Assembly: GCA_963665125.2 (NCBI GenBank)
Contig: CAXXUK010000001.1
Coordinates: 3,616,001 to 3,680,000, forward strand
DNA length: 64,000 nucleotides
Reading direction: 5' to 3'
Origin: an uncultured Desulfarculus sp.
Lineage (GTDB): Bacteria > Desulfobacterota > Desulfarculia > Desulfarculales > Desulfarculaceae
Positions within the stretch are counted from its first letter, which is position 1; each line of letters opens with the position of its first letter. A program made the position numbers and the translations under genes. Positions 63,873 to 64,000 of this stretch are shown piece after piece. Below the pieces are notes generated by a model. That model ran no database searches and had not been told where the DNA came from. It worked only from the letters and a program-made list of their open reading frames with translations.

Positions 63873-64000
63873 ATGAAACGGAAAAAATTCCTTTTTGACC
63901 TGCTGTTTATCGTTCTTGTAATTCTTGTGTTCTTTTTATCCTGGAATTATCAGCAGAAACGATTAATATATCAAAACATTGAACAGCTGAAGTCTTCAGA
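63873..64000 (+). CDS. 5' end of a membrane or secreted protein (runs off the window)
   Basis: G-rich RBS, then MKRKKFLFDLLFIVLVILVFFLSWN... Confidence 0.55.
   Translation, partial: MKRKKFLFDLLFIVLVILVFFLSWNYQQKRLIYQNIEQLKSS

Overview
The window looks like two unrelated genomic segments joined at about 16,100. Bases 1 to ~16,100 are GC-rich and resemble a deltaproteobacterium (Desulfobacterota-like). They carry a thiolase, a diguanylate cyclase, rtcB, a YitT protein, an Fe-S nitroreductase, gpsA, gyrA, a MarR regulator, gyrB and a truncated NtrC-type regulator. Bases ~16,100 to 64,000 are AT-rich and come from a different bacterium. They carry crcB, polA, an S1-domain gene, coaE, cysS, two-component kinases, a Ser/Thr kinase and many secreted or accessory proteins. 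Five observations stand out. (1) A complete IS110-family (IS1111-like) element at 17032-19117 has ends that can be read exactly, forms a perfect -35/17 bp/-10 promoter when circularised, and has a 3' non-coding region with bridge-RNA-like guides matching its own donor junction and target. (2) Its target is a hairpin inside a 192-bp MITE family with CATTCG-type inverted ends and 10-bp target duplications; this MITE inserts into REP-like palindromes and into itself. (3) An ADP-ribosylglycohydrolase is coupled to a ClpN-ClpN/inactive AAA+/TIR fusion. (4) PolA has an intact 5'-nuclease but all three polymerase catalytic motifs are degenerate. (5) A probable secreted selenoprotein has a signal peptide, an in-frame UGA in a UxxC motif and a SECIS-like hairpin. 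All calls were made by eye from the sequence; no searches were run.
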